This document shows positions 1-9,166 of a stretch of 64,000 nucleotides of DNA, one piece after another. The notes beneath the pieces are model-generated. The model did no database searches. It was given only the letters and a program-made list of their open reading frames with translations, and was not told the origin of the DNA. The translations under genes were made by a program, and so were the position numbers. The stretch lies in the IMG/VR virus record IMGVR_UViG_3300031576_000006, positions 52,232-116,231 of that record; one strand, 5' to 3'. The stretch is from a virus. Each line of letters starts with the position of its first letter. Position 1 is the first letter of the stretch.

Positions 1-294
1 TGATTCTAAATTTCCATCGATCTGCGCCTTACCGTTCTGATCTCTGAATTCACGTCGCATGAAATCAGTAAGCATTGTTGTGAATTTGTCTCTTGGGTCA
101 ACCGGAAGGTTCATGAGTGGAGATTCTTTATACTTAGGATCGTCGGCCCAACTTCTAGGAAACCCGTATTCTTCTGCTGCCAGGTCCTTCAGTGGATCTG
201 CAAACGCAGTTCTACTAGCATCATATTGTTCTATTAAATAATTAGCGATTGTATCTTTCCCAGATCCCTTCCATGCACTTATTGCGACAACCAC
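1..294 (-). CDS. Deoxynucleoside monophosphate kinase (T4 gp1-like), truncated by window edge
   Basis: Not in the ORF track. My translation from GTG at 294 (AGGAGG upstream) gives MVVAISAWKGSGKDTIANYLIEQY...TAFADPLKDLA, with a P-loop KGSGKDT and the FADPLK motif of phage dNMP kinases. Confidence 0.85.
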   Translation of the reverse strand, partial: MVVAISAWKGSGKDTIANYLIEQYDASRTAFADPLKDLAAEEYGFPRSWADDPKYKESPLMNLPVDPRDKFTTMLTDFMRREFRDQNGKAQIDGNLES

Positions 295-338
295 CTGATC
301 CTCCTAAAAATCTAATTCTATCATTTTTGGCTGTCGTG

Positions 339-566
339 TCAACTTGATTCTATATCTGATTTTATAGATGACAAAAAGGCCGCACCTGTTTCCCATATTT
401 TAAAATACGGAATGTGGTCTTCTGGGATATCAATTTCAATAATTTTACTTTGGGATGGGTCCAAGACGTATTGCCTGTGGGTCCAGCTATTCGGCTGCCC
501 CAGATCTTGGACCTGGAGCTTCATTGGCCATATTCTGTCATTCACCAGTGCGATCTTAACTTTCAC
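339..566 (-). CDS. Hypothetical protein
   Basis: 75-aa ORF coupled to the upstream gene by 4-nt overlap. Confidence 0.6.
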   Translation of the reverse strand: MKVKIALVNDRIWPMKLQVQDLGQPNSWTHRQYVLDPSQSKIIEIDIPEDHIPYFKIWETGAAFLSSIKSDIESS

Positions 567-1111
567 ACAATTCCCATATATTTCAAAAACACGATTGTAA
601 TAATGCCATCGAAGAATCCGGCAATCCAGAAGACCGATCGGTTGGACAAAATTTCAATCATTCGCGATCTGACGGACGAATAATGCACTGCTTCTGTTTC
701 CTCAGACTCATCGCCCATCTCACAGCGACATGAATTCCATGGCAGCAAACAGAATTCACATCCATCAATCATTTCACCTTCTTCGCGCTCTTCATCATCT
801 TCACGTTCCTCGGCTTCTTCCGCATCTTCATCAAGTTCAAATTCTTCGTGGAGTTCCTTCACAAATTCTTCTCCATGAAGTTCTTTAAGCTTTACGGTTA
901 CATCGGGTACCGTTTTTGAAATCTCAAGAAGAATATTTTTGAAAGCATCTGTGGTTAAAAACTTGCGTTCGTGCAGGACTTTTGCTGCCTCAATCTTCCA
1001 ATAGCCTATAGTATATGGGTCGTTGATGTAGTTGGTTAGGATTTCTTCAGAGGTGGAAGATTCGAAGACGCGGCGCATGAGATCTATTTGTTCCGGTGAA
1101 ATTCTGTACAT
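563..1111 (-). CDS. Hypothetical protein with acidic tract, CxxC..CxC motif and C-terminal TM helix
   Basis: EEDAEEAEEREDDEE tract, CEFCLLPWNSCRC, hydrophobic C-terminus; GGGG RBS. Confidence 0.7.
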   Translation of the reverse strand: MYRISPEQIDLMRRVFESSTSEEILTNYINDPYTIGYWKIEAAKVLHERKFLTTDAFKNILLEISKTVPDVTVKLKELHGEEFVKELHEEFELDEDAEEAEEREDDEEREEGEMIDGCEFCLLPWNSCRCEMGDESEETEAVHYSSVRSRMIEILSNRSVFWIAGFFDGIITIVFLKYMGIV

Positions 1112-1158
1112 ATGGACCCCCTTGTATAACTATAGTATTGCAAATTTTACAAGCCAGG

Positions 1159-1383
1159 TCAACAAATTCCTTCTTTTGCTAGCAAATGAATCCACACAAT
1201 GTCTCGTTCTGGGGCGATCAACATCTTCTCTATTGTACCAAAGACTCCATTGATTTCAAGCTGTTTACCTACGTGTAGGTTTCCAAGAACTTCACTAACC
1301 TTATCGTACCTTAATGCGAAATTTATAATAGCTCTGCCTGGAGTTGGATCTTGCCCTATTACGGTTGCGCCCGTGATTGTCAT
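1159..1383 (-). CDS. Hypothetical protein
   Basis: 74-aa ORF coupled to the CYTH gene. Confidence 0.6.
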   Translation of the reverse strand: MTITGATVIGQDPTPGRAIINFALRYDKVSEVLGNLHVGKQLEINGVFGTIEKMLIAPERDIVWIHLLAKEGIC

Positions 1384-1958
1384 TTTTTAAATTGCTCCCA
1401 GTTACTTTTCTTCATACGTTTTTGCGGCGTAATGCCAATGGCCGACATTTTTTGTTCCATGGCCTTCACTTCAGCGATAGCTTCTTCCGCAGATTTGAAT
1501 GGGTAATCCTTACGTGCTTCAATCTCGACCCTGCGACCAACTTCCTGCATGTTTTTGTCATAGATTATATAATAAACGACATCAATTTTTTCAAAGTAGT
1601 AGATGTCACAGTATTTATAAACACGAAAGTTTTCTTTGAACCCCATAAGGCTTACAAATTTCATCACAAGCCATTCGGGAACGCCTTCTAGCAACGGTAG
1701 ATCAACTTCTGTACGATGGTTATTATTTTTGTCATCAGTTTTGATTTTGATGGTCAATTCTGGACCTGGCCCGTTACGGAATCTAACGAATTCGAATGGC
1801 AATCCTGAACCGCTGTAGTAGATATCCCAGCTGGCGATTTCCAATCTTTTTTCGGGAGTAGACGCCTCTGCAAATTTTACGAAGTCAGCCAGCTTAATGT
1901 CTTCCGCCGAATACTTAAGCTCTAGCTCTTCGGTTCTAATATCGAATAATTGTTCCAT
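1380..1958 (-). CDS. CYTH (triphosphate tunnel metalloenzyme) family protein
   Basis: N-terminal ExExK (ELELK), RFR...ELTIK, RTEVD, GF, C-terminal VEIEA. Confidence 0.8.
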   Translation of the reverse strand: MEQLFDIRTEELELKYSAEDIKLADFVKFAEASTPEKRLEIASWDIYYSGSGLPFEFVRFRNGPGPELTIKIKTDDKNNNHRTEVDLPLLEGVPEWLVMKFVSLMGFKENFRVYKYCDIYYFEKIDVVYYIIYDKNMQEVGRRVEIEARKDYPFKSAEEAIAEVKAMEQKMSAIGITPQKRMKKSNWEQFKK

Positions 1959-2060
1959 ATATCAAACAGACGGTGCATACTGCGTAAAACAGTAATATCA
2001 GGACTGCCAGTCCCTTCCTTAGTCTATTTTTCAGTCTCCTTCTGTTAAGGTCAATTACTT

Positions 2061-2246
2061 TCATTTCAATGAATCAATAGTCATTTGAGTTCTGTGGATC
2101 TCCAAGTTCAACCAATCGAAGTATACTTCCTCTCGTTCCTTATATTTTGCGGGAACTGCCGCCATTAGACGATTCTGTAAGACAATCACGTATTTATCTA
2201 GACGTAAAATCCTATCTTTGATGTGTTTGTTGTCGATTATTGCCAT
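2061..2246 (-). CDS. Hypothetical protein
   Basis: 61-aa helical ORF with AGGGG RBS. Confidence 0.6.
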   Translation of the reverse strand: MAIIDNKHIKDRILRLDKYVIVLQNRLMAAVPAKYKEREEVYFDWLNLEIHRTQMTIDSLK

Positions 2247-2268
2247 GAGACCCCCTTATGAGACAATA

Positions 2269-2472
2269 TTACCTGCGTTTGGTTTTTTTGTCAACTCTTG
2301 TTTTTTCCCACTCATTTGCCCTTTCTCTAAGCCTCGAAACCTGCTCTCTAAGAAAATCGTGGGCTGTGCCGGGACGAATAACCCGCGAGGTTAATTGTAT
2401 CATGAGTTCTAGGCGTGCAATTTCATAATCCGCCTGGTTCTTGAAGGTCTTTTGCCACAGAGGCTTGCTCAC
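2269..2472 (-). CDS. Hypothetical protein
   Basis: 67-aa ORF, coupled overlap. Confidence 0.6.
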   Translation of the reverse strand: MSKPLWQKTFKNQADYEIARLELMIQLTSRVIRPGTAHDFLREQVSRLRERANEWEKTRVDKKTKRR

Positions 2473-2762
2473 GGTTTATACTCCTCATAAATATGTCCTA
2501 CAATACCGGGCGGCATTTGAAGGGTAGCAAGATATCGAAAGTTAGTATAGTTTTCAAATTCGAATTCCTGGCCTGTCATAATGACATGGAATGTGCGCGG
2601 TTCAATCACAAGAGATTGCGGTAGATGATCTTCGGTGGGTTTTTCAATCCATACTGTTGGTATCCCGTCCTGTAACTGTACGTCGAGTGCGCTGGCCCCC
2701 GCAGGAAGAGCAAAAGTATTTTTCGTTTCGTTTAGTTGATACTTATGGACTACGCTTTTCAT
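2469..2762 (-). CDS. Conserved phage hypothetical protein
   Basis: HKYQL...LP.GA..LDVQ.Q...W...TG..F...YL.T.Q...V.HIYE pattern typical of a widespread phage family; AAGGAGG RBS. Confidence 0.75.
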   Translation of the reverse strand: MKSVVHKYQLNETKNTFALPAGASALDVQLQDGIPTVWIEKPTEDHLPQSLVIEPRTFHVIMTGQEFEFENYTNFRYLATLQMPPGIVGHIYEEYKP

Positions 2763-2774
2763 AAAACCTCCTTA

Positions 2775-2950
2775 AAAAATGTCCGTCGCGAGGTTTCGAA
2801 CCGCTCCACGGACTCTGTTTCTGGTGCCGGGCCTCTGAGAAGCCTTCTTCCGTCTATCAGCCGATCATACAACTAATTAACCGATCTTCGACTACGAAAA
2901 CTAGCAGTTAATTAGGACTTAGGGCGGCGGCTTTCGCCGCCTTTCCCTAC
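2775..2950 (-). ncRNA. Candidate structured RNA or attenuator with several hairpins
   Basis: GGCGGC-GAAA-GCCGCC hairpin, CTAATTAAC/GTTAATTAG stem, and terminal GTCCGT..GGTTCGAAACC..ACGGAC hairpin followed by a T-run. Confidence 0.45.
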
Positions 2951-2960
2951 TTATTTTATA

Positions 2961-3953
2961 TCATGCCGCCCTGGACATTTCAACTGCAGTTTTCAATGCT
3001 TTCTTATTCATGGCTGCACCGGTACCAAACCACAATGAATCCAATCGAGTAGATTCATTGGTGCCGCGCTCATATTGCAAGTATTCAGTTACTGAATTAT
3101 AAGCTGCCCACATAGTGCCTTTAACACCGGGAAGATCATTGCCACGGCCTTTTTCGAAAAGCTCAGTAATCCGGCCCATAACCCGCTTCCCACTGGTCAA
3201 TTCTTCACCAGTAATAAGAGCTTCCTCTTCTTGCTTCGGAGTGGCAAATACGATTTTAACGTATTTCTCAAGATCTTTGCGATTGATTTCGCGAGAAGCA
3301 AGTATACGAAATTGTTCGGCAGTTGATTCAAAGGATTGATCTGCAATGTTTATCACTTCGCGGATTTCCTCCAAAGTTTTAACAATGTCACCTGTGTGTT
3401 TCACTTTGAGAAGCTGTGAACCGCCATTTTGGATGGCCATGGTCAAAGTGTTGTTGCAAACAACGCGAACGGGCGTATAGCCGATGCGGATCGCCAAGGT
3501 ACCGTCGTGGCTATTCGACATAAGAATGTACTTTTTAATGCGGTCGTCTGACTTTGAGACGATCACTGAATCAGGGCGATTCATGGCCGCAAGAATCCAA
3601 ACCCGGCGACCGTTCATCAAAGAACCGGCTGTTTCGAGAGAGGCTTCTTTTGCGTCCAAGAACGGTTGGAAGAACTGGAATGCTTCTCTGTTTTGAAGCA
3701 CTTTGTAGTTTTTACCTACAACGCCAAGAATTGCGCCGTCGTCTTTGCGGTAAGTCGCGACGTGCGTCTTGATCAATTCGCCGCCGAGTTCTGGAACTAC
3801 AGCAAGCTCTTTCGTACCAACTTCCCAATTGAGCTTTGCTACCATGATGCCTTCTTCAATGGTAGGAGCGATTGGGAGAACGGTTCCTAGGCGATGCCAG
3901 GGAATTTCGTTCACCGAAAACATTGTATCTTTTTCTTGGATCTCATGTGCCAT
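2961..3953 (-). CDS. DUF932 / TIGR03299-like phage-plasmid protein
   Basis: MAHE...PWHRLG, LGVVG..Y..LQN.EAF.F, ETAGSL..G.RVW, NSHDG, TPVRVVCNNTL, KHTG, GT.WAAYN.VTEY. Confidence 0.9.
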   Translation of the reverse strand: MAHEIQEKDTMFSVNEIPWHRLGTVLPIAPTIEEGIMVAKLNWEVGTKELAVVPELGGELIKTHVATYRKDDGAILGVVGKNYKVLQNREAFQFFQPFLDAKEASLETAGSLMNGRRVWILAAMNRPDSVIVSKSDDRIKKYILMSNSHDGTLAIRIGYTPVRVVCNNTLTMAIQNGGSQLLKVKHTGDIVKTLEEIREVINIADQSFESTAEQFRILASREINRKDLEKYVKIVFATPKQEEEALITGEELTSGKRVMGRITELFEKGRGNDLPGVKGTMWAAYNSVTEYLQYERGTNESTRLDSLWFGTGAAMNKKALKTAVEMSRAA

Positions 3954-3977
3954 AACGGCCTCCTTTGTTATTAATTA

Positions 3978-4006
3978 ATAATAGCAACGTTCTTATTATT
4001 TAGCAA
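3978..4006 (-). promoter_or_regulatory. Sigma70-type early promoter for the left operon
   Basis: TTGCTA-17 nt-TATTAT with extended TG, upstream of AAGGAGG RBS of the DUF932 gene. Confidence 0.65.
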
Positions 4007-4049
4007 TAATATAATGCAGAAATCTTTTATTGCTCTATTGGTTAATAAT

Positions 4050-4079
4050 ATCAATAACTTATCCTAAAAACTTAATAAT
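4050..4079 (+). promoter_or_regulatory. Putative late promoter motif, copy 1 (degenerate)
   Basis: ATCAATAACTTATCCTAAAAACTTAATAAT vs consensus ATCGCTAGCTTAGGTCAAAAACTTAATAAT. Confidence 0.6.
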
Positions 4080-4133
4080 TCATATGCTGGCACGGGTCGG
4101 TATAGTCTTCGGACTGTGGAATAGGTTAGGGAA

Positions 4134-4865
4134 ATGGCCAATGAAAGAAAATGGTTTGCAGTAACGCAGGCCTTCACAGCTAACGGTACACTTCAGGGAA
4201 AGATCACGGTAGCAGATGTTGCCGGATTATACGTCAAGTCCAAAGTCAGGATTTCCTCCAATACACAACCCCCTCAATTACTTGAAATCAAAAGAATAGA
4301 AGGCACAACAGTCCTCTTTGTTGGACTGTGCGGTGACAATATCAATGATCGCACTGATATGTCAGCCTATCTCGTTATAGATTCTGCTAAAGTAGAGCTT
4401 TTTGAACAAAAAATCCCAACAATCAAGCAAGAAGATATAGCTCAGGCTGTCTATGCCAGGGAGCCAATCTGTGCGATCCGAACTATCGGTGTTGATAAGT
4501 ATGGTCGATATTATGATGCCAACAACAGGTTTCCGGTCGATGCCACTGTTACCATTGGCGATGTTTTAGTCAATGTTGAAAATCCTACAATACCGGATAT
4601 CGCCAATGTCTCGGTCCCGCTGGCTGCCACTGAAGTTTCATTCACTTTCCCACTTAAGACCAAAAGATTCTTAATGAGAATCCGCGATGGAAGTGCAAAT
4701 ATACAGCTGGCATTCATAGCTGGGCAAAGTGGAACAAATTACACAACAATTTCTAGGGGTTGCAATTATGGATCTGGGGATATCGATCCGCCTGATCCAT
4801 TCAGTATCTATTTCCAATGTGATAAACCTGGCAAAACGGTTGAGATTTTATCCTGGAACAATTAA
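4134..4865 (+). CDS. Putative virion structural protein
   Basis: First gene after the late motif; beta-rich composition. Confidence 0.55.
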   Translation: MANERKWFAVTQAFTANGTLQGKITVADVAGLYVKSKVRISSNTQPPQLLEIKRIEGTTVLFVGLCGDNINDRTDMSAYLVIDSAKVELFEQKIPTIKQEDIAQAVYAREPICAIRTIGVDKYGRYYDANNRFPVDATVTIGDVLVNVENPTIPDIANVSVPLAATEVSFTFPLKTKRFLMRIRDGSANIQLAFIAGQSGTNYTTISRGCNYGSGDIDPPDPFSIYFQCDKPGKTVEILSWNN

Positions 4866-4873
4866 TTAGTTAA

Positions 4874-4903
4874 ATCGCTAACTTAGGCCAAAAACTTAAT
4901 AAT
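4874..4903 (+). promoter_or_regulatory. Putative late promoter motif, copy 2
   Basis: ATCGCTAACTTAGGCCAAAAACTTAATAAT, intergenic. Confidence 0.75.
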
Positions 4904-4943
4904 TGATTGTAAAATTGTTATTCGATGACCACGGAAGGTAAAA

Positions 4944-5693
4944 ATGGGCGGAATGATAGGAAAAGATAGATTGATTTTTGATCCAACGGATACCACTCAA
5001 GGTGACAATGTTGGAGCTTTCATACGTGCCAGTGACGGCACCTTGATCACTCATACGGCTGTCGGCCCTAAAAAGGCTCTTGATGTAAATATCGTCGCGG
5101 GTCCCGACGACCCAGTTTATGATGAAGATTCTGCTTCTGCAAATGGCGATAAGCTTATGTCTGTCGGCGCAGTTAGACAAGATGCTTTGGCATCAAGCGT
5201 TGACGCTGACGGCGACTATGCCTGGTTTAAATTAAACAGCCGTGGCGCACTATGGACAGCACCTGTTGGTACGGTTGCCGATGACGCAGCTGATACTGAA
5301 AACCCGGTAAAGATCGGTTCGCGGTCTGTTTCTGGCGCAGCCTTACTCGCTGTTTCATCTAACAATGACCGCGCTGATTTGATTTCAGATAAATATCGTA
5401 GGATTTATATTAATGACAGCCCAAACATTGGACTGGCATCTGTAGCTGTGCCCGTCGATACCACTGCCGGTGGGACTGCGATACCAACAACAGCTTTAGC
5501 CGGTAGACGACGAATTATGGTTCAGAACCTCGGAACAAAAGATATTTACGTAGGACCTGCAGGTGTAACAGATACATCTGGCCTTAGAGTCGCGAATGGT
5601 GCAACTCTATCTCTCGAAATTGGCGAAAACATACTCCTTAAAGCCATTGCCGCTTCTGGTTCTCAAGATGTTCGAGTGTTCGAATTAGCATAA
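4944..5693 (+). CDS. Putative virion structural/decoration protein
   Basis: A/D/G/T-rich; C-terminal beta-sandwich motif RRRIMVQNLGTKDIYVG. Confidence 0.6.
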   Translation: MGGMIGKDRLIFDPTDTTQGDNVGAFIRASDGTLITHTAVGPKKALDVNIVAGPDDPVYDEDSASANGDKLMSVGAVRQDALASSVDADGDYAWFKLNSRGALWTAPVGTVADDAADTENPVKIGSRSVSGAALLAVSSNNDRADLISDKYRRIYINDSPNIGLASVAVPVDTTAGGTAIPTTALAGRRRIMVQNLGTKDIYVGPAGVTDTSGLRVANGATLSLEIGENILLKAIAASGSQDVRVFELA

Positions 5694-5700
5694 GGTAAAA

Positions 5701-5946
5701 ATGCAAATCACCCAGAAAGATAAATCAAATGCTGAAAATTTGTTGCGTGCTTTAAACAAAGCACGCTTCAATGATATTGAAGGTGTTGAAGTTTTGGCGC
5801 TGGCTGATGTTTTCAAATGGGCTTCTGGACTCGTGAAAAGAATTGATGAAGACCTTATACTTCAACAAGCCCTATCTAAGGCCACGATTCAAACTCCAGA
5901 TGAATCTATAAAATCTGAAGAAAAATCCCAGCCTCAAACACCATAG
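5701..5946 (+). CDS. Hypothetical protein
   Basis: 81-aa ORF with AAGG RBS. Confidence 0.65.
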   Translation: MQITQKDKSNAENLLRALNKARFNDIEGVEVLALADVFKWASGLVKRIDEDLILQQALSKATIQTPDESIKSEEKSQPQTP

Positions 5947-5955
5947 AGAGGTTTC

Positions 5956-7449
5956 ATGGGCGGTCTAGAAAAAGATACAGAATACGGTAAAGCACTATCG
6001 GGATCTATCACTGGCGTCGGCCAAAGTGTAGATATTTTTGATTCCAATTCCAATACCAGGACTATTCAGCTTGCTGGCACATGGTCTGGTACCTTAGTTG
6101 TAGAAGCCAGTAATGACAATGTTACCTACACAACTCTCTCAATTTTAAAATTAAGTTCATTTACATTCATCGCTTCGTTAACGGTCAGTGGCATGTACAT
6201 AGTAAATGGAGGTGGATATAGCCATCTTCGTGTAAGATCCACCGCCTGGACGAGCGGCACTGTAGATATCTCTGCTCGTGGTACAGATGCAGCTTCCTCG
6301 ATTCACTCTCAGTCTACCGTCCGAGGATCAGACGGAACCCAAATCGGAAATGCTTTTGACGCTCTTAAAATAGGCATACAGGGTAGCGATGGAAATTATG
6401 TTGCAGATGTAGAGTTAGTTAATAGCAAGCGAAGACTTCTTACTGATGCCATTGTAACCGTTGAAGAGATCTTTGGACAAGATCCCTTCCCAGATACATT
6501 TTTTACTATTGTAAATGCTGGCGCTGCTGGAACCACAATAAGAGTACAGGTTGCGGCAACAACTGGAGATCCAACGACTCCAGATAGAGATATCGCAGCG
6601 GTTGATCTCACTTATACTCTTGTGGCGGCTGACGTTGGTGATGAGATAAAACTCAGAGACAATATTATAACCTACCTGAACGCTCAATCTTCATTCAGTG
6701 CAAGCCTTAAGGCTCAAAAAGTAAAAGATCTGGCTATTGTTCACATTACCTCCAAGTTTCGTTCGATGACTGGAGAATTTTATGAGAGGCCGGGTGTCAA
6801 CGGTTTTCAGGTCACAACTACCGGAGCTACCTCAGTTCTTGTTGCCTTTGACAATGTAAAATCTCGCGGTAAGGCAACTTCTCTCGCGAGAGATCCAGAT
6901 TCGCCGCACAGACTTGGAATTCTTGGTATTTCAGGTTCGGTAACTGTAACTCCCGGTGGAATTTCCGATCTATTCATTGACAAACTACTCAATGTTGCCT
7001 CACCTGACATGCTTGTAAACGGTTCTGTCACCCCAGTAACTTTTACGCTTCCAACATCCTCACTGAATGACAAGTATGTACAAAGACTCAGATTAGTAGC
7101 TAACGGTAATGGAATAAAATTTGGTCAATTCCTAAGTCAGAATAGCTCACTAACGACGGGCCTTTTGATAGAGATTAAAAGTGACAATATTGTGACGACC
7201 TTACCCGTAATAAAATCAACAGACGACCTGAAGCATTTATTTTCCTTTCCCCCTACAGGATTTTCTCTACACGTCCAAGCTGGTCGAGATGATCTAACTG
7301 CGGAGTTTCAATTTGAAAATCCATTTGTTATCAGACGAACTGGAACCTTTACAACTGATGATTATCTTAAGGTCACGGTTCGGGACAATTTAACGAACAA
7401 CATTTTATACCTTGAAAGCATAGCTTTCGGATTTGAAAAGGAGCCTTAA
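5956..7449 (+). CDS. Putative virion structural protein
   Basis: T/S/G-rich beta protein (IQLAGTWSGTLVVEASND...LRVRSTAWTSGT). Confidence 0.6.
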   Translation: MGGLEKDTEYGKALSGSITGVGQSVDIFDSNSNTRTIQLAGTWSGTLVVEASNDNVTYTTLSILKLSSFTFIASLTVSGMYIVNGGGYSHLRVRSTAWTSGTVDISARGTDAASSIHSQSTVRGSDGTQIGNAFDALKIGIQGSDGNYVADVELVNSKRRLLTDAIVTVEEIFGQDPFPDTFFTIVNAGAAGTTIRVQVAATTGDPTTPDRDIAAVDLTYTLVAADVGDEIKLRDNIITYLNAQSSFSASLKAQKVKDLAIVHITSKFRSMTGEFYERPGVNGFQVTTTGATSVLVAFDNVKSRGKATSLARDPDSPHRLGILGISGSVTVTPGGISDLFIDKLLNVASPDMLVNGSVTPVTFTLPTSSLNDKYVQRLRLVANGNGIKFGQFLSQNSSLTTGLLIEIKSDNIVTTLPVIKSTDDLKHLFSFPPTGFSLHVQAGRDDLTAEFQFENPFVIRRTGTFTTDDYLKVTVRDNLTNNILYLESIAFGFEKEP

Positions 7450-7451
7450 GT

Positions 7452-7916
7452 ATGTGGATTCCAGAGAAAAATTCTAATGGCATACCCATAAGTGCTCCGA
7501 CTTTCGAAGATGTTGGCAATCTCACTCCAGTATGGAAGGGTTTTTTGTACGTTGCTGCGCCTATGTCTTTGAGTATGTTTGATCAAGTTATTACTAGCCA
7601 GGAAAGGCTCAGGGAGGGATGGTTCAGGATATTGCTAGATGGACACATTGGAGATTACATAGAATGCTCTATTGTGGACAAGGATGATGTCTTAGGAATG
7701 TTCTCTGCACTGAATTTAGTGGTTGGTGTAGACGTTCTTGAAATAAAAAAATATGTCAAAACAGAATACGTAGCCCCTGAAGATAAAGGTAGACAAGAAT
7801 TCAAATCAAATTCTGTGTCTGAATTGATGCCAGGTCTTTTTTTAAGGGTCAGCTATCTAAATATAGGATCGGAGCCGGTAACCTTTACTGTTACTAAGAA
7901 ATTTTATGAAGCTTAA
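7452..7916 (+). CDS. Hypothetical (probably virion-associated) protein
   Basis: 154-aa ORF in the late operon. Confidence 0.6.
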   Translation: MWIPEKNSNGIPISAPTFEDVGNLTPVWKGFLYVAAPMSLSMFDQVITSQERLREGWFRILLDGHIGDYIECSIVDKDDVLGMFSALNLVVGVDVLEIKKYVKTEYVAPEDKGRQEFKSNSVSELMPGLFLRVSYLNIGSEPVTFTVTKKFYEA

Positions 7917-8070
7917 TATAAACGGAAAAGAAGTGGATCTAATCATAAATGGCGAAATTCCAGATTTTTTGGCTAAAAAAGTCAAACTGGCAGATGAAGG
8001 ATTGACTCCTGATGAAGTGGTACGAAAACGTCGGGAAGAATTGAAGAAATCGGAAGAAAATGAAGAATAA
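7906..8070 (+). CDS. Small hypothetical protein (54 aa, below ORF-track cutoff)
   Basis: MKLNINGKEVDLIINGEIPDFLAKK...EENEE fills the gap and overlaps both neighbours. Confidence 0.6.
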   Translation: MKLNINGKEVDLIINGEIPDFLAKKVKLADEGLTPDEVVRKRREELKKSEENEE

Positions 8071-8323
8071 TTGCAGAATTTGTCGATATTTTTGGAACAA
8101 TCTCATTGCGGTTGATCAATTGGTTAATACCATTTTTGGTGGTGACCCTGATGAAACCATTAGCTCTCGAATGGGCAAGTGGGGCATTCACTACAAAGAC
8201 GATCATAATAATTGGCGTCATAAGTTCGCTAAGGGTCTTTGCTGGCTTCTAAATCTCATCGACAAAGATCACTGCAATAAATCCATCGAGTCAGATGAAG
8301 GCAATAAAGAGGTAATAGAGTAA
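8060..8323 (+). CDS. Conserved phage protein (DQL.N...G.PDETISSR.G...DHC family)
   Basis: Recognisable motif often seen near tail-fibre/lysis genes. Confidence 0.75.
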   Translation: MKNNCRICRYFWNNLIAVDQLVNTIFGGDPDETISSRMGKWGIHYKDDHNNWRHKFAKGLCWLLNLIDKDHCNKSIESDEGNKEVIE

Positions 8324-8676
8324 TGAATCTTAAGCTTTTTGCCGAAAAATGGAAAGATCTAATAGATAAGGCTAACTCTCGTGGTATTCCACTGCCTATG
8401 GTTAGAGATAAAGGCAAGGCTTCGATTACGGCTACACTTGTTGTAATTTCTTCAGGCCTGTGTGGTATTTCCATACTCATGATGTTGGCAGTATTTATAT
8501 CCAAAATGACCGCCTTCTTTATGCTCAATGATGCCACTTTCAATATCATGAAAGAAGCATTTAGCTCCTCATTCCAATTCTTTATTGCATCTCTTGGCGG
8601 CTATCTTGGCCGTAAAATGCAGAAAAATGGTAATGATGTTACGCTCGACGAGAAAAAAGATCCCCCTAAAGAATAA
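8323..8676 (+). CDS. Membrane protein, holin candidate
   Basis: Two hydrophobic segments and a charged C-terminal tail. Confidence 0.4.
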   Translation: MNLKLFAEKWKDLIDKANSRGIPLPMVRDKGKASITATLVVISSGLCGISILMMLAVFISKMTAFFMLNDATFNIMKEAFSSSFQFFIASLGGYLGRKMQKNGNDVTLDEKKDPPKE

Positions 8677-8682
8677 AAATTC

Positions 8683-8711
8683 TTGTATCTATTAATCAAT
8701 TGGGTTAGTAT
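8683..8711 (+). promoter_or_regulatory. Sigma70-type promoter, probably leaderless transcript
   Basis: TTGTAT-17 nt-TAGTAT, ATG 6 nt after the -10 box, no SD sequence. Confidence 0.5.
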
Positions 8712-8717
8712 TGATAC

Positions 8718-8972
8718 ATGATTGATCGTACTAAAAAATACAAAGTCGTAGGATATAATACGCCATGGTCCCCACCATTACCATCGGTCAACGAATACGA
8801 CTTAAAATGGGCTCAAGAACTAAAAGACGTATATGGACTCAATCTAGATGTGCAAGTAATTGCATTAAACTGGCGAACTTTCTCAAGCGATCTGTATTGT
8901 GCCGGATGGGTAGCAGACTCTAAAGAAAGCATCGAACGTTGTTTCGGTGTAGTCCTGGAGGAAATCCAGTGA
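8718..8972 (+). CDS. Hypothetical protein
   Basis: 84 aa, W..FS.D.YCAGW motif. Confidence 0.65.
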   Translation: MIDRTKKYKVVGYNTPWSPPLPSVNEYDLKWAQELKDVYGLNLDVQVIALNWRTFSSDLYCAGWVADSKESIERCFGVVLEEIQ

Positions 8973-9166
8973 GGTTTGATCCAAGATCCACCAAACACCC
9001 CGACGAACCTTACGTCTCAAGCCCAGACTGGGCGATTCAAAAGAATAATTTTTTAATCAATAAACAAGAAGTTAAGGCGTGTAACGCTAAAATGAATGGT
9101 AGGTTTCATTGGCCCAAGCGCGAAATACCGCCTGATATGGAGATTACAGATGGTTCTATCCGATAA
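8969..9166 (+). CDS. Hypothetical protein
   Basis: Track ORF 8939-9166; GTG at 8969 with GGAGG upstream is the more likely start. Confidence 0.5.
   Translation: MRFDPRSTKHPDEPYVSSPDWAIQKNNFLINKQEVKACNAKMNGRFHWPKREIPPDMEITDGSIR

Noticed and set aside
2781-2813. tRNA gene suggested by GGTTCGAAACC
   Set aside because: No D arm, anticodon arm or CCA end; only a local hairpin
2800-2865. Hammerhead ribozyme (CTGATAGA...GAAAC..GTC on the minus strand)
   Set aside because: The core has an extra base relative to CUGANGA and stems I and III do not pair convincingly
3954-4133. Replication origin in the AT-rich divergent gap
   Set aside because: No iterons seen; the AT richness is explained by back-to-back early and late promoters
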